From the IMG/VR virus record IMGVR_UViG_3300030329_004647, positions 168,029-232,028 of that record: DNA of 64,000 bases, one strand, 5' to 3'. Under the pieces are notes generated by a model that had not been told where the DNA came from, did no database searches, and was given only the letters and a program-made list of their open reading frames with translations. Shown here piece by piece: positions 47,407 to 58,112 of this stretch. Position numbers and translations under genes: made by a program. Within the stretch, counting starts at the first letter, position 1. Each line of letters starts with the position of its first letter.

Positions 47407-49188
47407 ATGAGTTATAGTGAAGGAATAAGAATAGTAAGGGGAAGTAAACGTTTTATTGGAGGCGTTGACAAAGACGTATCGATACCATACGCTCTTGAAG
47501 CACAACAACTCAATTTAATTGAAGGCGATAGAAATAAGGTACTAGACTTAAGTGAACAGTTTTTAAGAGAAAGAGACTCGTCTTCAATATATAGATTTTA
47601 CGGTAAGATTTCACCTTTATATGAAAACTTTTTAACGGGGTGCACAGAGGACACAGTATTAATGCAACACCACATGGAGTTTACTTCTCCACACCCTAAC
47701 ACAGCTACTACTACCTGTGGATACCCATCTTTTGAGATATTTGATTTTGTACCTAGCACAGGATTTACAAACTCGTCCCTGCAAGGTTCACCCAACCCCT
47801 ATGAAGAACAATTAGCCTACCAATATAACTGGACAATTTATGAGTCTTACGTTTATAGTGCAGACACAGAAGAAAAAATGCATTGGGTAGCTCAATTTAC
47901 ACCACCAAACTACCAAATATTACAGTTTACCGCTCACGACGGAATACCTTTTACTGTTAACAATGTACAAGTAGAAGGTAAAAATTTATTAAAATGTACT
48001 TGCCCAGTAGAACATGGTTTAAATGTGGGAGAATATATACTTTTAGCAGATGGTACCACCAATAATGCAATTAATCAAAATCTAGTAACTATAATAAATG
48101 GAGACTCTTTAGTTCCAGTTTATTCTTTAGGTGATGCAACAGTAGGTTCCGATACAACTATATTTAACATCTTATTAGATGGTAGTAGTAACGTACCACC
48201 CAACTTCTCACTAGGAAATTTTAAAAGAGTTATTAACCCCGATAATTTAGAGGAAACAACCTCACAATATTATGTGCACCAACATAAATTAATAACAACA
48301 CCTAGGGATTATATTTTAGATAATTGTGCGTTTGAGTTAGGCATATATGACGCTGATAAAAAGGTTTATTGTGAACACGACTCACCACCTAACGGAATAC
48401 CACATAAAGTAACTAAACAAGAATATAGAAGTTTTTTATGGAACTTTACAAATGATTTAAACACAGCATTTTTATCTGACAATTTAAATAGACCTATAAC
48501 TGAAATATATACTAGTATTTTTGTTACCAATTACTATAATATATGGGACCAAATTACATTACTAAATTCACAACCAGCACCATACCTAGCAACAGGTTCA
48601 TCACCAGCTGGGTACGGATGGTCTTGGAATTTCCAACCAAATGGAACTCTAGATTCCTATCCAAGTAGCCACCCAACTAATCTACAAACACCAACTACAT
48701 ATCCTACAAGTGGTGACACCTTTAGAGGGGCATACGCAGAATATAATCCATCAGAAGTAAAAGAAAGAGTAGTTTCTGAAATTTATCATAAATTACAGTA
48801 CAATCTAGCTCTTATGGATATTGGAATTGAGTGGTATCCAGCTACTATGGGTGGACAATGGGACCACCCACCACCAGGATACTACTACCAACCTCATAAT
48901 AGAATGATAACTAGAAAATATTCTAACCAGATATCTACAAATCCAGATTATAACTACGCTCCGCCTTATGCTTATTATTCAGTATACGAAAATACTTTTA
49001 AGTGGAGAAATATTTTAGATTTGGGTTATTATGAATCTGAAACAAATGGGGTTAATTATCCTTTTTTAAACGGAATACAATATGTTTATAATAACATAAT
49101 GTTTAACATAAAACCATTACTTGGAGACCTAAGATTTAGAGGTGCTACAAGTCCAATAGAAATACCTGACTTTGATGACTGTCAATAG
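47407..49188 (+). CDS. Structural protein, unknown function
   Basis: 593-aa ORF in the tightly packed baseplate-distal operon. Confidence 0.65.
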   Translation: MSYSEGIRIVRGSKRFIGGVDKDVSIPYALEAQQLNLIEGDRNKVLDLSEQFLRERDSSSIYRFYGKISPLYENFLTGCTEDTVLMQHHMEFTSPHPNTATTTCGYPSFEIFDFVPSTGFTNSSLQGSPNPYEEQLAYQYNWTIYESYVYSADTEEKMHWVAQFTPPNYQILQFTAHDGIPFTVNNVQVEGKNLLKCTCPVEHGLNVGEYILLADGTTNNAINQNLVTIINGDSLVPVYSLGDATVGSDTTIFNILLDGSSNVPPNFSLGNFKRVINPDNLEETTSQYYVHQHKLITTPRDYILDNCAFELGIYDADKKVYCEHDSPPNGIPHKVTKQEYRSFLWNFTNDLNTAFLSDNLNRPITEIYTSIFVTNYYNIWDQITLLNSQPAPYLATGSSPAGYGWSWNFQPNGTLDSYPSSHPTNLQTPTTYPTSGDTFRGAYAEYNPSEVKERVVSEIYHKLQYNLALMDIGIEWYPATMGGQWDHPPPGYYYQPHNRMITRKYSNQISTNPDYNYAPPYAYYSVYENTFKWRNILDLGYYESETNGVNYPFLNGIQYVYNNIMFNIKPLLGDLRFRGATSPIEIPDFDDCQ

Positions 49189-50107
49189 AATTAAAATATT
49201 AAGAAAAGATTTAGAACAAAACGACAAAAGAATTGTAGTGCCTTTTGCAACTGATTTTGATGAAGTAGGGAGAAATCAATTAGTGCAATTGTATGAAGAT
49301 TCTGAAATGCAAGATGCGATAAATTATATACAAGATTTTGAAACAGTAAGATATTCTCATGAGGAAACCCTTAATAATGCTGACAACAGTCATATATTTT
49401 ACGATATGAATTTTATAACAACTATTGGGGGTTTAGATTATACTAATTCTTATTCAGCGATGGACATATCAAATCAAGATGTAAGAGACGCACAAAACAG
49501 TTTTACTAAAAGTTTTTTTAAGTTTGATTTTTATAATACACCTAACAGGTCACAACAAAGACTTATGTTTTCTACAATTATGCCTTGCGACGCATCCAAA
49601 AAAGTTGAAGTTCCTATATCGAGTGACCCAAACGACATTAATTTTGACCCATTTGCCTATATCAACGCTATCTCATTAGACCCTACAAACGCCAATCCAA
49701 CCTATCTAATCAATCAAGCGTTATTTGATTTAGGGCCTCATAGAACTAATAACGAAAATTATTATCTTCATTGGTTAAAAGGAACCAATATATTTGATAG
49801 TGTAGAATTTTATATGTCTTGTACTTTCTTTAATGCACAAACAGGTGAATTTTATCCATTACTAACAACACACCAGTTTGATTTTAACGGAAACCTCACC
49901 CCAATGAATGATATATACACTTTTAATTTTGCGGATTGGAGATATTATAAAGTAACATTAGATAGAAATCATTTAGGTCAAAATGCTGATTATAGAAAAT
50001 ATACTTACAAAGTAGAAGAATATAATGAATCACAAGGAGGAGTTGGTAATAGAGTGGGAACCACCAGTGCCAATCCGATAAAGTTTTTTGAATACCAAAG
50101 CCCATAA
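49175..50107 (+). CDS. Structural protein, unknown function
   Basis: ATG 49175 overlaps the upstream stop; contains FTKSFFKFDFYNTP. Confidence 0.65.
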   Translation: MTVNRIKILRKDLEQNDKRIVVPFATDFDEVGRNQLVQLYEDSEMQDAINYIQDFETVRYSHEETLNNADNSHIFYDMNFITTIGGLDYTNSYSAMDISNQDVRDAQNSFTKSFFKFDFYNTPNRSQQRLMFSTIMPCDASKKVEVPISSDPNDINFDPFAYINAISLDPTNANPTYLINQALFDLGPHRTNNENYYLHWLKGTNIFDSVEFYMSCTFFNAQTGEFYPLLTTHQFDFNGNLTPMNDIYTFNFADWRYYKVTLDRNHLGQNADYRKYTYKVEEYNESQGGVGNRVGTTSANPIKFFEYQSP

Positions 50108-52728
50108 TGGACATTTATAAATACAGAGTACTCACAGGTAATATACCAGGCAAATACACTCCATTTCCTTGTGGAGATGTAATATATGGGTGTACAGATA
50201 CTGACGCGGTAAACTTTAACCCAGCGGCTACTGTCAATCAAGTTTCAGAAACTAATACCGCTAATCCCTGTACGTATACAGTTAATTTAAGTGGTATGTG
50301 TTGTGGGACTTGTTTAGACTGTTTTGACTTTACAGGTGATGGTGTTATTAGTGTAGGTGATTTAAATGTGTTTCTACAATACTATTATACAGTACAACCA
50401 GACTGTACAAATGGTGATGCTACAAATAGTGGTTATGTTAATGAAGAAGACTTAAATATATTTTTACAATGTTGGAATTTAACTAATAATCCTATAGATT
50501 GTCAAACCACTTTTGCTGGTCAACCAGATGCTATTCAGGCTTGTTTAGATGCAAATAGTGTAAGTGAAATCCCACAAGAAGAAGAAAAAGAATATTTGGT
50601 ACAAGTTTACCTAGACCAAGATTTTAATGATATAGGTCATTACTCACTTACAGATGGTAAAATACAACATAAAAGTGACTTTTCAAATTTTGCCGTATTT
50701 TGTGATGATACAAACCCAAATATGGTTACAGTTGAAAACTCAACAAATTTTAATTTATGGGCAGACACACAAAACTATGAATATACGATAGAATGGGGTG
50801 ACGGAACAACAACTGTCGCACAATACCCAACTATACTAAATAGTCATACGTATAATCCACCACCACCCGCATTTACTGGAACCTATGAGATTAACATTAC
50901 AATGGTAACCAACTGGAGTACTTTATCTGTAACACAAACTCACGCTATACCATGTGAGACACCAGATATAACTGGTAGTAATATAACTCAAACCTACCAA
51001 TTTACTCCATTAGGTGGAGCTCCAATAAGTTTAGATTGGTATAACACAAGTTGGGGTCCACTAGATAGTGGATTTTATGCAGAGGACTATATAACAGGTA
51101 ATTATACTACAACACCATTTATCATTACAGGTATAACTGATAGTGTGCTAAGTAATTTCCAAACTTATTCCCAAGCTCCATCTAATAACGCATATTTACC
51201 TAACGGTTATTTTGTAGGACCTAATTTTTTAGTTCCTTTTGGTGGTGAAGTCGCTATAGATAATGGTGGGGTTACAATATATGAAGATGGATTAGTAGGA
51301 TATATAATGAATGCAACACCAAACTATACAGCATATACCATAAGTGATGGTACAGGACAAAATGGTGGAATTGTACTAACCGACCAAATGATAGATGGAG
51401 AGTTAATTACAATTTATGAAGCGACTAGTGAAGGATTAAATCTACAAAATATGGGTTGGAAATATTGTTATAAACCTTGTGATGATTGTATGGGGCCACA
51501 AATGTGGATTAATGGTCAGATGGTTAACGTAAGTATTGAAGCGGGAGAATGGGATGAAAATGTATTATATAGTCAAGGTTCACTCGTAACATCTAAAGGG
51601 TGTTGTTATTTTAATTATGATACTGCTCAAGGTCAAAGTAATAATACTTCCAATACAGACATCTGGCAACCTTGTCCATCACAACCAAGCACATGTACTT
51701 CAGTTTTAGTTTGTGAATGTCAGGGATGGACAATCCAATATGGAGCAAGTCCACTCGCTACCATGTGTCAGGAATTTGACGCATTACAAGCTGCTGGATT
51801 TGGTTACCCAGCGGGGTCTATAGTTGAATTTCCAGTTGGTAGTGGTGTGTACTATTGGAACGTCATAGCTGAAGCTAACACCCCACCAAACGGTACTTGG
51901 GAATTGTGTGATGCTCCAGTTAACAGTCCTATAGTGGTAGAATTAAATTTAGAGTGTTGTGATTTAGTAGCAGAAGTAACCAATGGTATAGCACCATTTG
52001 AGTACACCTTTACGGATAATTTCAATAGTGGCGCTATTATAGTACAAGTACCAGGTGTATATAACACAACTCAAATGTTACAACAAAATTTATTTGCACC
52101 AGGACCAACTAATTTTTTAGTAGGTCAAAACATTACTGTTACTGTTACAGATTCACAAGGAAACACGTCGACTGATTCTATTAGTATAGCTGGATTACAA
52201 TGGGACCAAACAGGTAGTGTGATGTATCCACCAACAAATCAACAAGGAAATCAAGGTGGGTATACCGCACTTTTAACAGGGGGTGTATTTGATATTAATT
52301 GTGCACCAATATCTTTCTACTGGGCAGTATATCCACCTGCACAAGGAACTCCACCGACAACTACTTTTAACTACTCTACACAAGAAATATATATTGGATG
52401 GCACCCAACACAACAACCTAATGGTTTATTAGTGCCAGGACAGTACAATCTTAGAGTTGTAGATAGTTGTGGGACTAATATTGACGTGACCTTCATGGTT
52501 CCAAATATACCAAGTCCACCAGGGCCACAACAACAATATATTTTATACGATAACAATTGTCTGCCTTACTCATCACCTTTTGCTCAACAGTATATAGCTA
52601 ATGGTGGGGTTATATTTGATAGTCTACAAGCGTGTCAAGCTAATATTAGTCAAACACCACCACCTCCACCACCACAAAACGGTGCTGGCTGGTCACCCAA
52701 TAATCAAGGAAACTTATATAATACTTAA
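50107..52728 (+). CDS. Multidomain appendage protein (dockerin-like Ca-binding pair, PKD, CBM-like modules, SprB-like repeat)
   Basis: GCTDTDAVNFNPAAT; DFTGDGVISVGDL and DATNSGYVNEEDL; YTIEWGDGT; YPAGSIVEFPVGSGVYYW; AEVTNGIAPFEYTF. Confidence 0.65.
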   Translation: MDIYKYRVLTGNIPGKYTPFPCGDVIYGCTDTDAVNFNPAATVNQVSETNTANPCTYTVNLSGMCCGTCLDCFDFTGDGVISVGDLNVFLQYYYTVQPDCTNGDATNSGYVNEEDLNIFLQCWNLTNNPIDCQTTFAGQPDAIQACLDANSVSEIPQEEEKEYLVQVYLDQDFNDIGHYSLTDGKIQHKSDFSNFAVFCDDTNPNMVTVENSTNFNLWADTQNYEYTIEWGDGTTTVAQYPTILNSHTYNPPPPAFTGTYEINITMVTNWSTLSVTQTHAIPCETPDITGSNITQTYQFTPLGGAPISLDWYNTSWGPLDSGFYAEDYITGNYTTTPFIITGITDSVLSNFQTYSQAPSNNAYLPNGYFVGPNFLVPFGGEVAIDNGGVTIYEDGLVGYIMNATPNYTAYTISDGTGQNGGIVLTDQMIDGELITIYEATSEGLNLQNMGWKYCYKPCDDCMGPQMWINGQMVNVSIEAGEWDENVLYSQGSLVTSKGCCYFNYDTAQGQSNNTSNTDIWQPCPSQPSTCTSVLVCECQGWTIQYGASPLATMCQEFDALQAAGFGYPAGSIVEFPVGSGVYYWNVIAEANTPPNGTWELCDAPVNSPIVVELNLECCDLVAEVTNGIAPFEYTFTDNFNSGAIIVQVPGVYNTTQMLQQNLFAPGPTNFLVGQNITVTVTDSQGNTSTDSISIAGLQWDQTGSVMYPPTNQQGNQGGYTALLTGGVFDINCAPISFYWAVYPPAQGTPPTTTFNYSTQEIYIGWHPTQQPNGLLVPGQYNLRVVDSCGTNIDVTFMVPNIPSPPGPQQQYILYDNNCLPYSSPFAQQYIANGGVIFDSLQACQANISQTPPPPPPQNGAGWSPNNQGNLYNT

Positions 52729-52744
52729 ATGAAAAATAATTAAA

Positions 52745-54175
52745 ATGGTAGAACCACAATTTCATATATACAAACTTTGTGACATGGATACAGGACAAGA
52801 CCCTGTTACTAACCAATATACTATGGCTAGTGCGTTCACCATGGGACACCAACACCTAGACCCACCTGGTGCACAACAATGGATTTTTGGGACATATGGT
52901 ATGGGTAGTGATAAGTGGGAAGTGGCACAAATGGGTGATGTTACTTACAACCTGTTATTTGGTCTATCTAATCCACCAAATCCTGGAGAGTTTATAAAAC
53001 TTCAAACCATGACATCCGCACAACTACCAACAGGAATTATTACCTGGCAAAATGTTGCTTACGGATACCCCGCGTATCCAGGATGTGATAACGACCCTAT
53101 AACCCAAAATCCTGATTGTTATAGTAGATGTTATCAGTACTTAGGAAAATATAGTTGTGGTGACACTATGATAGATGGGACCATTAATGAATGTTTTGGA
53201 TATGCACCAACTGGTCCTTTTCCACCAACAGCTATTATTAATGACCCAATACTTTACGTTCATTCAGTTCCAAATACACAAGCCAATCAACACATAGCGA
53301 CATGCTCAGAGTGTGCCGGTTTTGGTCCACCACCTCCACCACCACCTGTGGTTCCGTGTCCTGATGCTGCTGCACAAACCCCACCTGTTAGCACTACTTT
53401 TGTGGGTTCATGGACACTTCCAGGAACATATTATTTAGGTGATGTAGTAGAATACCCAACAAATTCGGGTGTTTATTATTGGCACAATAGCTATCCTGGA
53501 GGTTTTACATATTCGGACTTATCTGGTGGCGGGATGCAAACTTATAATCCACTTTTATTGACTCAATGGCAACCATGTGTACCAGTGGTTCCCCCACCAC
53601 CCCCACTATCAGTACCATGTACTTCAGCTCAACAACAATACCCTAATCAAACATTTTCTTTTTCAGGAGCTTGGGATTCCGTAGCGTATGCTAATGATAT
53701 TTGGTACTATAGTGCGTTTTCTATAGTAGAATTTCCTCCAGCTTCTGGAATATATTGGTGGACAGATAGTGGTAGTTCACAAGGACAACCTGATATACTT
53801 ACAAATAATAAATGGTATCTATGTGAACCAGGAGGAGGACCAGGACCACCACCAATAGCAGGATGTACAGACTCAACGGCTTTAAACTATGACCCCGCTG
53901 CAGACGGTTGTTTAGACCCTCAAGGAATTGTAGTACCGGGAGACTTTAGTTGTTGTTTATATCCACAACCTAAAGAAAAACATTGTTTACCTTATTTAGT
54001 AAAAGAAGAGTTTTTAATGAATGTTGCACAAGCACCAGAAACTCGTTCCAATGTATTTATTGAAAGAGGTAAAGCTTCTGTATTCCAAAGAGCACAACGA
54101 TTATCCGAAATTAAATCAATCGGAGATTTAGAAACTCATGGATATGGATATTATAAAATACAAAATGAAACTTAA
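52745..54175 (+). CDS. Pro-rich appendage protein with CBM-like repeats
   Basis: Poly-Pro linkers; YYLGDVVEYPTNSGVYYW and AFSIVEFPPASGIYWW; GCTDSTALNYDPAAD. Confidence 0.65.
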   Translation: MVEPQFHIYKLCDMDTGQDPVTNQYTMASAFTMGHQHLDPPGAQQWIFGTYGMGSDKWEVAQMGDVTYNLLFGLSNPPNPGEFIKLQTMTSAQLPTGIITWQNVAYGYPAYPGCDNDPITQNPDCYSRCYQYLGKYSCGDTMIDGTINECFGYAPTGPFPPTAIINDPILYVHSVPNTQANQHIATCSECAGFGPPPPPPPVVPCPDAAAQTPPVSTTFVGSWTLPGTYYLGDVVEYPTNSGVYYWHNSYPGGFTYSDLSGGGMQTYNPLLLTQWQPCVPVVPPPPPLSVPCTSAQQQYPNQTFSFSGAWDSVAYANDIWYYSAFSIVEFPPASGIYWWTDSGSSQGQPDILTNNKWYLCEPGGGPGPPPIAGCTDSTALNYDPAADGCLDPQGIVVPGDFSCCLYPQPKEKHCLPYLVKEEFLMNVAQAPETRSNVFIERGKASVFQRAQRLSEIKSIGDLETHGYGYYKIQNET

Positions 54176-54180
54176 AAAAT

Positions 54181-55098
54181 ATGGCACTAGGAACTTACGG
54201 AATTAAAAGACCAGCAGACGTATCACCAGCAGACGTGGAAATAATTGTACACTACACGTCTACTAGAGATTATACTACAAATTATACATTAAGAAAATTA
54301 AATACATCTCAAGTATTAACACCATATCTACATAATGCACAGACAGGTGGAAACGCGGGAGTTGAAATCTTGGGAGGACTATATAATTTAAAATTACCAT
54401 CTTCTGTTTTTAATAAAAAAGGATATTATACGGTATACATAAGACCTATAGAAATAAGAACCAAAATAGTAGATTGTGGTATTTTATCATCTTTACCTAA
54501 TGTTAAAGGATTGGTATTTGACATAAACCAAGTACCGTCTTCATTTATTAATAGATTTGTTAATTCAGGTCTTGTAGGATATAGAATTGAGTATTTAGGA
54601 CAAGCAGGAACTAAGATACCAAACTTTTATAGATTAGTAACATCTAATTTTTATTGTGAACCTGTACCAGCTAATTTAACTAACCCAAATCAAGTATCAC
54701 CTAGATATGTTTATACTGATGGTACCAGTAATTTAATGTTTTGTACTTTAACACCAACAAGTGCACCAACAACTAAACCAAATGCTATTCCATTTATAGG
54801 TCAACCAAACCAAGATGTTATAATAACTAATACATTCTTTAATCCTATTATTTTAGATATAGAAATGGTAGACCATGATTTTGAAACACTTGCAATTGCT
54901 CTATATGGTAACCAAACTAAATCTATGGAAGATGGAATATACACAGTATACGATTTATCTGGTAACAATAACATTTATAAACAATACAACATATTTGAGA
55001 TTAGAAATGACTTCGATAATAAACTATTTGAGGTAAGACAAGATAGAGGAACCAATATCGATTTTTCTAAAAACTTTAATAGCGTTTTAACTAGTTAA
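54181..55098 (+). CDS. Structural protein, unknown function
   Basis: 305-aa ORF in operon, starting MALGTYGIKRPADVSP. Confidence 0.7.
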   Translation: MALGTYGIKRPADVSPADVEIIVHYTSTRDYTTNYTLRKLNTSQVLTPYLHNAQTGGNAGVEILGGLYNLKLPSSVFNKKGYYTVYIRPIEIRTKIVDCGILSSLPNVKGLVFDINQVPSSFINRFVNSGLVGYRIEYLGQAGTKIPNFYRLVTSNFYCEPVPANLTNPNQVSPRYVYTDGTSNLMFCTLTPTSAPTTKPNAIPFIGQPNQDVIITNTFFNPIILDIEMVDHDFETLAIALYGNQTKSMEDGIYTVYDLSGNNNIYKQYNIFEIRNDFDNKLFEVRQDRGTNIDFSKNFNSVLTS

Positions 55099-55109
55099 TA
55101 CTAATTTAG

Positions 55110-58100
55110 ATGGCAAAATACTATTATCCACCAGCGCCACCGAGCGGAGAAGACACATTCAGTAACAACCTAGTAGGGTTACAGTTTGTTAATGGGTCAT
55201 CGCAAATGACGCTCGGTAATTTTAGTATGACCCAATCAACTGGTGGTAGGGATGAAAGAGGATATAGTTTAGGTAACTTTAGTGAACCAATTAACTTATC
55301 CAACCTAAGTATAGAAAATTTAAAATTAGCTCAATTAAATTTAAATTTTAATTTACAAATTTCTTTTAATTATAACTTAGAGTTCGTACAAGATTTTGTA
55401 TTATATGGTTCATTAAAAGAAAGATTTAGGGTTAGTACTAAAAATATAATTAATTTTTTTCCAGCTTCATTATATCTAAATAAAGTTGATAATGGAGGTC
55501 AGACAGGGTCCACAACACTATCATTACTGTATGATGATATAAATGATAGAACAACACTGGTAATACCAACCGCTAATATAAAAAATCCTTTTGGTATTGA
55601 AATCACAGATTTGGGTGTTAATAAAATTACTCTTACAGCTGGGGATGGTTTAATAGATACTTCAGACTTAACAGCTGTTAAGGCAGAAAGTGGACAAATA
55701 TCTGATTTAAGAAATTTTTCTCTACAATATAAAAGGTATGTAATTTCCTTAAGTGGTTCATCATTAGAAACAGAATACCCTATAATTGATTATACCCCTA
55801 TAAAAAGAACCGATGATAGATTAACTATTGTTGTTTCAGGGTCACCATTAGGTACCGCTGATACAGCTAGTACCCTCTCCTATTATATAAAACCAAATAA
55901 TTTAGAAACACAAACTAGTTTTAAAGAATTTGATGAAGTAGAAAATTTTTTACTAAATAGAGAAATTGTTCCAGAATACACAGCACAATTTAAGGTACCT
56001 AGAGAAAGTCAATTAGGTAGTACCTATCTAGAAACAAAAAACATAACTTGGCCTAAAGTAGACTTAGTTAATTTAGATATTGTAAGCACTGCTTATACTG
56101 AGTATCTTACATCTTTAGCAGAAATAGGTGATGAGTTTGATTCTTATAAAACAAACTTAGTATCAAGATTTCTAACCACGGACCCAATAAAAGAATTTGA
56201 CACAGGCAGTAGAAAAGTAGAAAAAACATTACAAATATACGGTAGAAGTTTTGACGATATTAAAAAGTTTATAGATGGTATAGCTTACATGACCCGTGTA
56301 ACTTACGACACTAAAAATAATATTCCAGATAACTTATTGAAAAAGTTTGCTAGAATGTTAGGCCTTAAGACACCTTCGGTAATTTCAAAAGAAGACTTTT
56401 TAAATTCTTTACTTACCCCAGCAATACCACAATTTTCAGGAACCACAATAGGTAAAACACCATTCCAACTGGACACCGAATTGTATAGAAAAATATTAAT
56501 GAATCTAGCTTACCTGTACAAATCTAAAGGTACTAGAACAGCTATAGAGTTTATTTTAAGATTTGTAGGTGCCCCAGAAGCATTAATAGAATTTGATGAA
56601 CACGTTGTTATAGCAGACTCTAAAATAAATCTTAATAAATTTAATCAGTATTTTAGTGTAATATCTGGTGGGTCCTACTGTAATTACACATATCACCAAA
56701 ATCCAGTAGATAATACGATTACGACAAGTTGTTCTACAGTTACACAAGGATTTCAGAGAGATGATTATCCTATGAATGATGAAGGATACCCAACTCAACC
56801 AAGAGAAACAACCAACTACTACTTCCAAAGAGGAGCTGGATGGTATGAAGAAACAATGGAACATAGAGGTGAAGTAGTATTAGATTTAGAAACTTCAACT
56901 TTTTCTGGATGTAGTCCTATAATTAATACAAAACTAAATCAATTTACATGGGGTGGTTTCTTTGGTGACGGTTCAAAAGCTAACGACCCAGGAGGACCTT
57001 ACCTAGAAAGATTTTTTAGATTTCCACATTTACATTTTGGTTATGGTACACATAAAATAGTAGATGATAAAAAAGCATGGTTTCAAACTACACAATACGA
57101 AACTAGAGAATATGACCTAGGAGTAAGATACGCCAACTATGATGTTAGAGACGAAAAATTAATTATTAATGTTAAAAATGTTGATATATTTTTGAATATA
57201 GGACAAGGATTGGTATATGACGTTTGGAATCCTAAACATAGTTTTTTAACTGGAACCACTTTACCTTACCCATATCCTAATATTGGAGGACCAGATTGGA
57301 CTCAACCTAAAACAGATAGCAGAGAAGTTAGTTTTAAACGATTTATAAAAGATTTTTGGAGATATTATATAAATGTTAAAAATAGATTAACTATAGACGA
57401 TGGAAAAACAGGAGGATACCCAACCCTACTTAAAATTTATTTAGATTATTTAAATCAAGTTTATAGTAAAAACAATCAATATACCTATCAAAAAATGATA
57501 GAGTATGCAGAGTCTTTAGGTGATTATTGGATTAAATTAATAGAACAATTTGTACCAGCTACTACATTATGGCAAGGAGGGGTAAAAATAGAAAATTCAT
57601 TATTCCACAGAGATAAATTTGTTTACAAACATTTTAATTTATTAACTGGGATTACCACAACCGCTGTAACTGGACAAACAGCTGGAATGTCAGCGTTTGG
57701 ATATTCGGGATATAGTTTAAGTATGCCAGACGACCCTTTAATTAGTGGGTCAACACAACAAACATCCTCAAAAGGATGTAATGTGGAAACAGACCTGATT
57801 GTGCAAATAAGGAAAAAAATAGCTCAACAAGGAATCTACGCTATAGATGATTATACATGTGATTCTACATGGTTCCCAACTGTAATATATACAGGACCAC
57901 AAAACCTACAACTTAATGGTAACGCAAGAGCGGGTGTACAAAATCAAAATTTATATTATAATAGCCAATTATATGCAACCAATACTCAAAAAATGGGAGG
58001 TATTAAACAACACGCTAAATCAGGTCCCTTACAAGGTGTTGTAAAAATCTCTAAACCACAAAAAGTATTGACTAATAATTACCCATGGGACTATAATTAC

Positions 58101-58112
58101 ATTATAAAATAG
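55110..58112 (+). CDS. Baseplate wedge/fibre-anchor protein with P2 gpI/gp7-like segment
   Basis: LYRKILMNLAYLYKSKGTRTAIEFILRFVG resembles the gpI 'xKGTxxxI' motif. Confidence 0.6.
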   Translation: MAKYYYPPAPPSGEDTFSNNLVGLQFVNGSSQMTLGNFSMTQSTGGRDERGYSLGNFSEPINLSNLSIENLKLAQLNLNFNLQISFNYNLEFVQDFVLYGSLKERFRVSTKNIINFFPASLYLNKVDNGGQTGSTTLSLLYDDINDRTTLVIPTANIKNPFGIEITDLGVNKITLTAGDGLIDTSDLTAVKAESGQISDLRNFSLQYKRYVISLSGSSLETEYPIIDYTPIKRTDDRLTIVVSGSPLGTADTASTLSYYIKPNNLETQTSFKEFDEVENFLLNREIVPEYTAQFKVPRESQLGSTYLETKNITWPKVDLVNLDIVSTAYTEYLTSLAEIGDEFDSYKTNLVSRFLTTDPIKEFDTGSRKVEKTLQIYGRSFDDIKKFIDGIAYMTRVTYDTKNNIPDNLLKKFARMLGLKTPSVISKEDFLNSLLTPAIPQFSGTTIGKTPFQLDTELYRKILMNLAYLYKSKGTRTAIEFILRFVGAPEALIEFDEHVVIADSKINLNKFNQYFSVISGGSYCNYTYHQNPVDNTITTSCSTVTQGFQRDDYPMNDEGYPTQPRETTNYYFQRGAGWYEETMEHRGEVVLDLETSTFSGCSPIINTKLNQFTWGGFFGDGSKANDPGGPYLERFFRFPHLHFGYGTHKIVDDKKAWFQTTQYETREYDLGVRYANYDVRDEKLIINVKNVDIFLNIGQGLVYDVWNPKHSFLTGTTLPYPYPNIGGPDWTQPKTDSREVSFKRFIKDFWRYYINVKNRLTIDDGKTGGYPTLLKIYLDYLNQVYSKNNQYTYQKMIEYAESLGDYWIKLIEQFVPATTLWQGGVKIENSLFHRDKFVYKHFNLLTGITTTAVTGQTAGMSAFGYSGYSLSMPDDPLISGSTQQTSSKGCNVETDLIVQIRKKIAQQGIYAIDDYTCDSTWFPTVIYTGPQNLQLNGNARAGVQNQNLYYNSQLYATNTQKMGGIKQHAKSGPLQGVVKISKPQKVLTNNYPWDYNYIIK

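Noticed and set aside
51800-53760. Diversity-generating retroelement template/variable repeats among the CBM-like modules
   Set aside because: Copies differ at all bases rather than only at adenines, and no reverse transcriptase is in the window.
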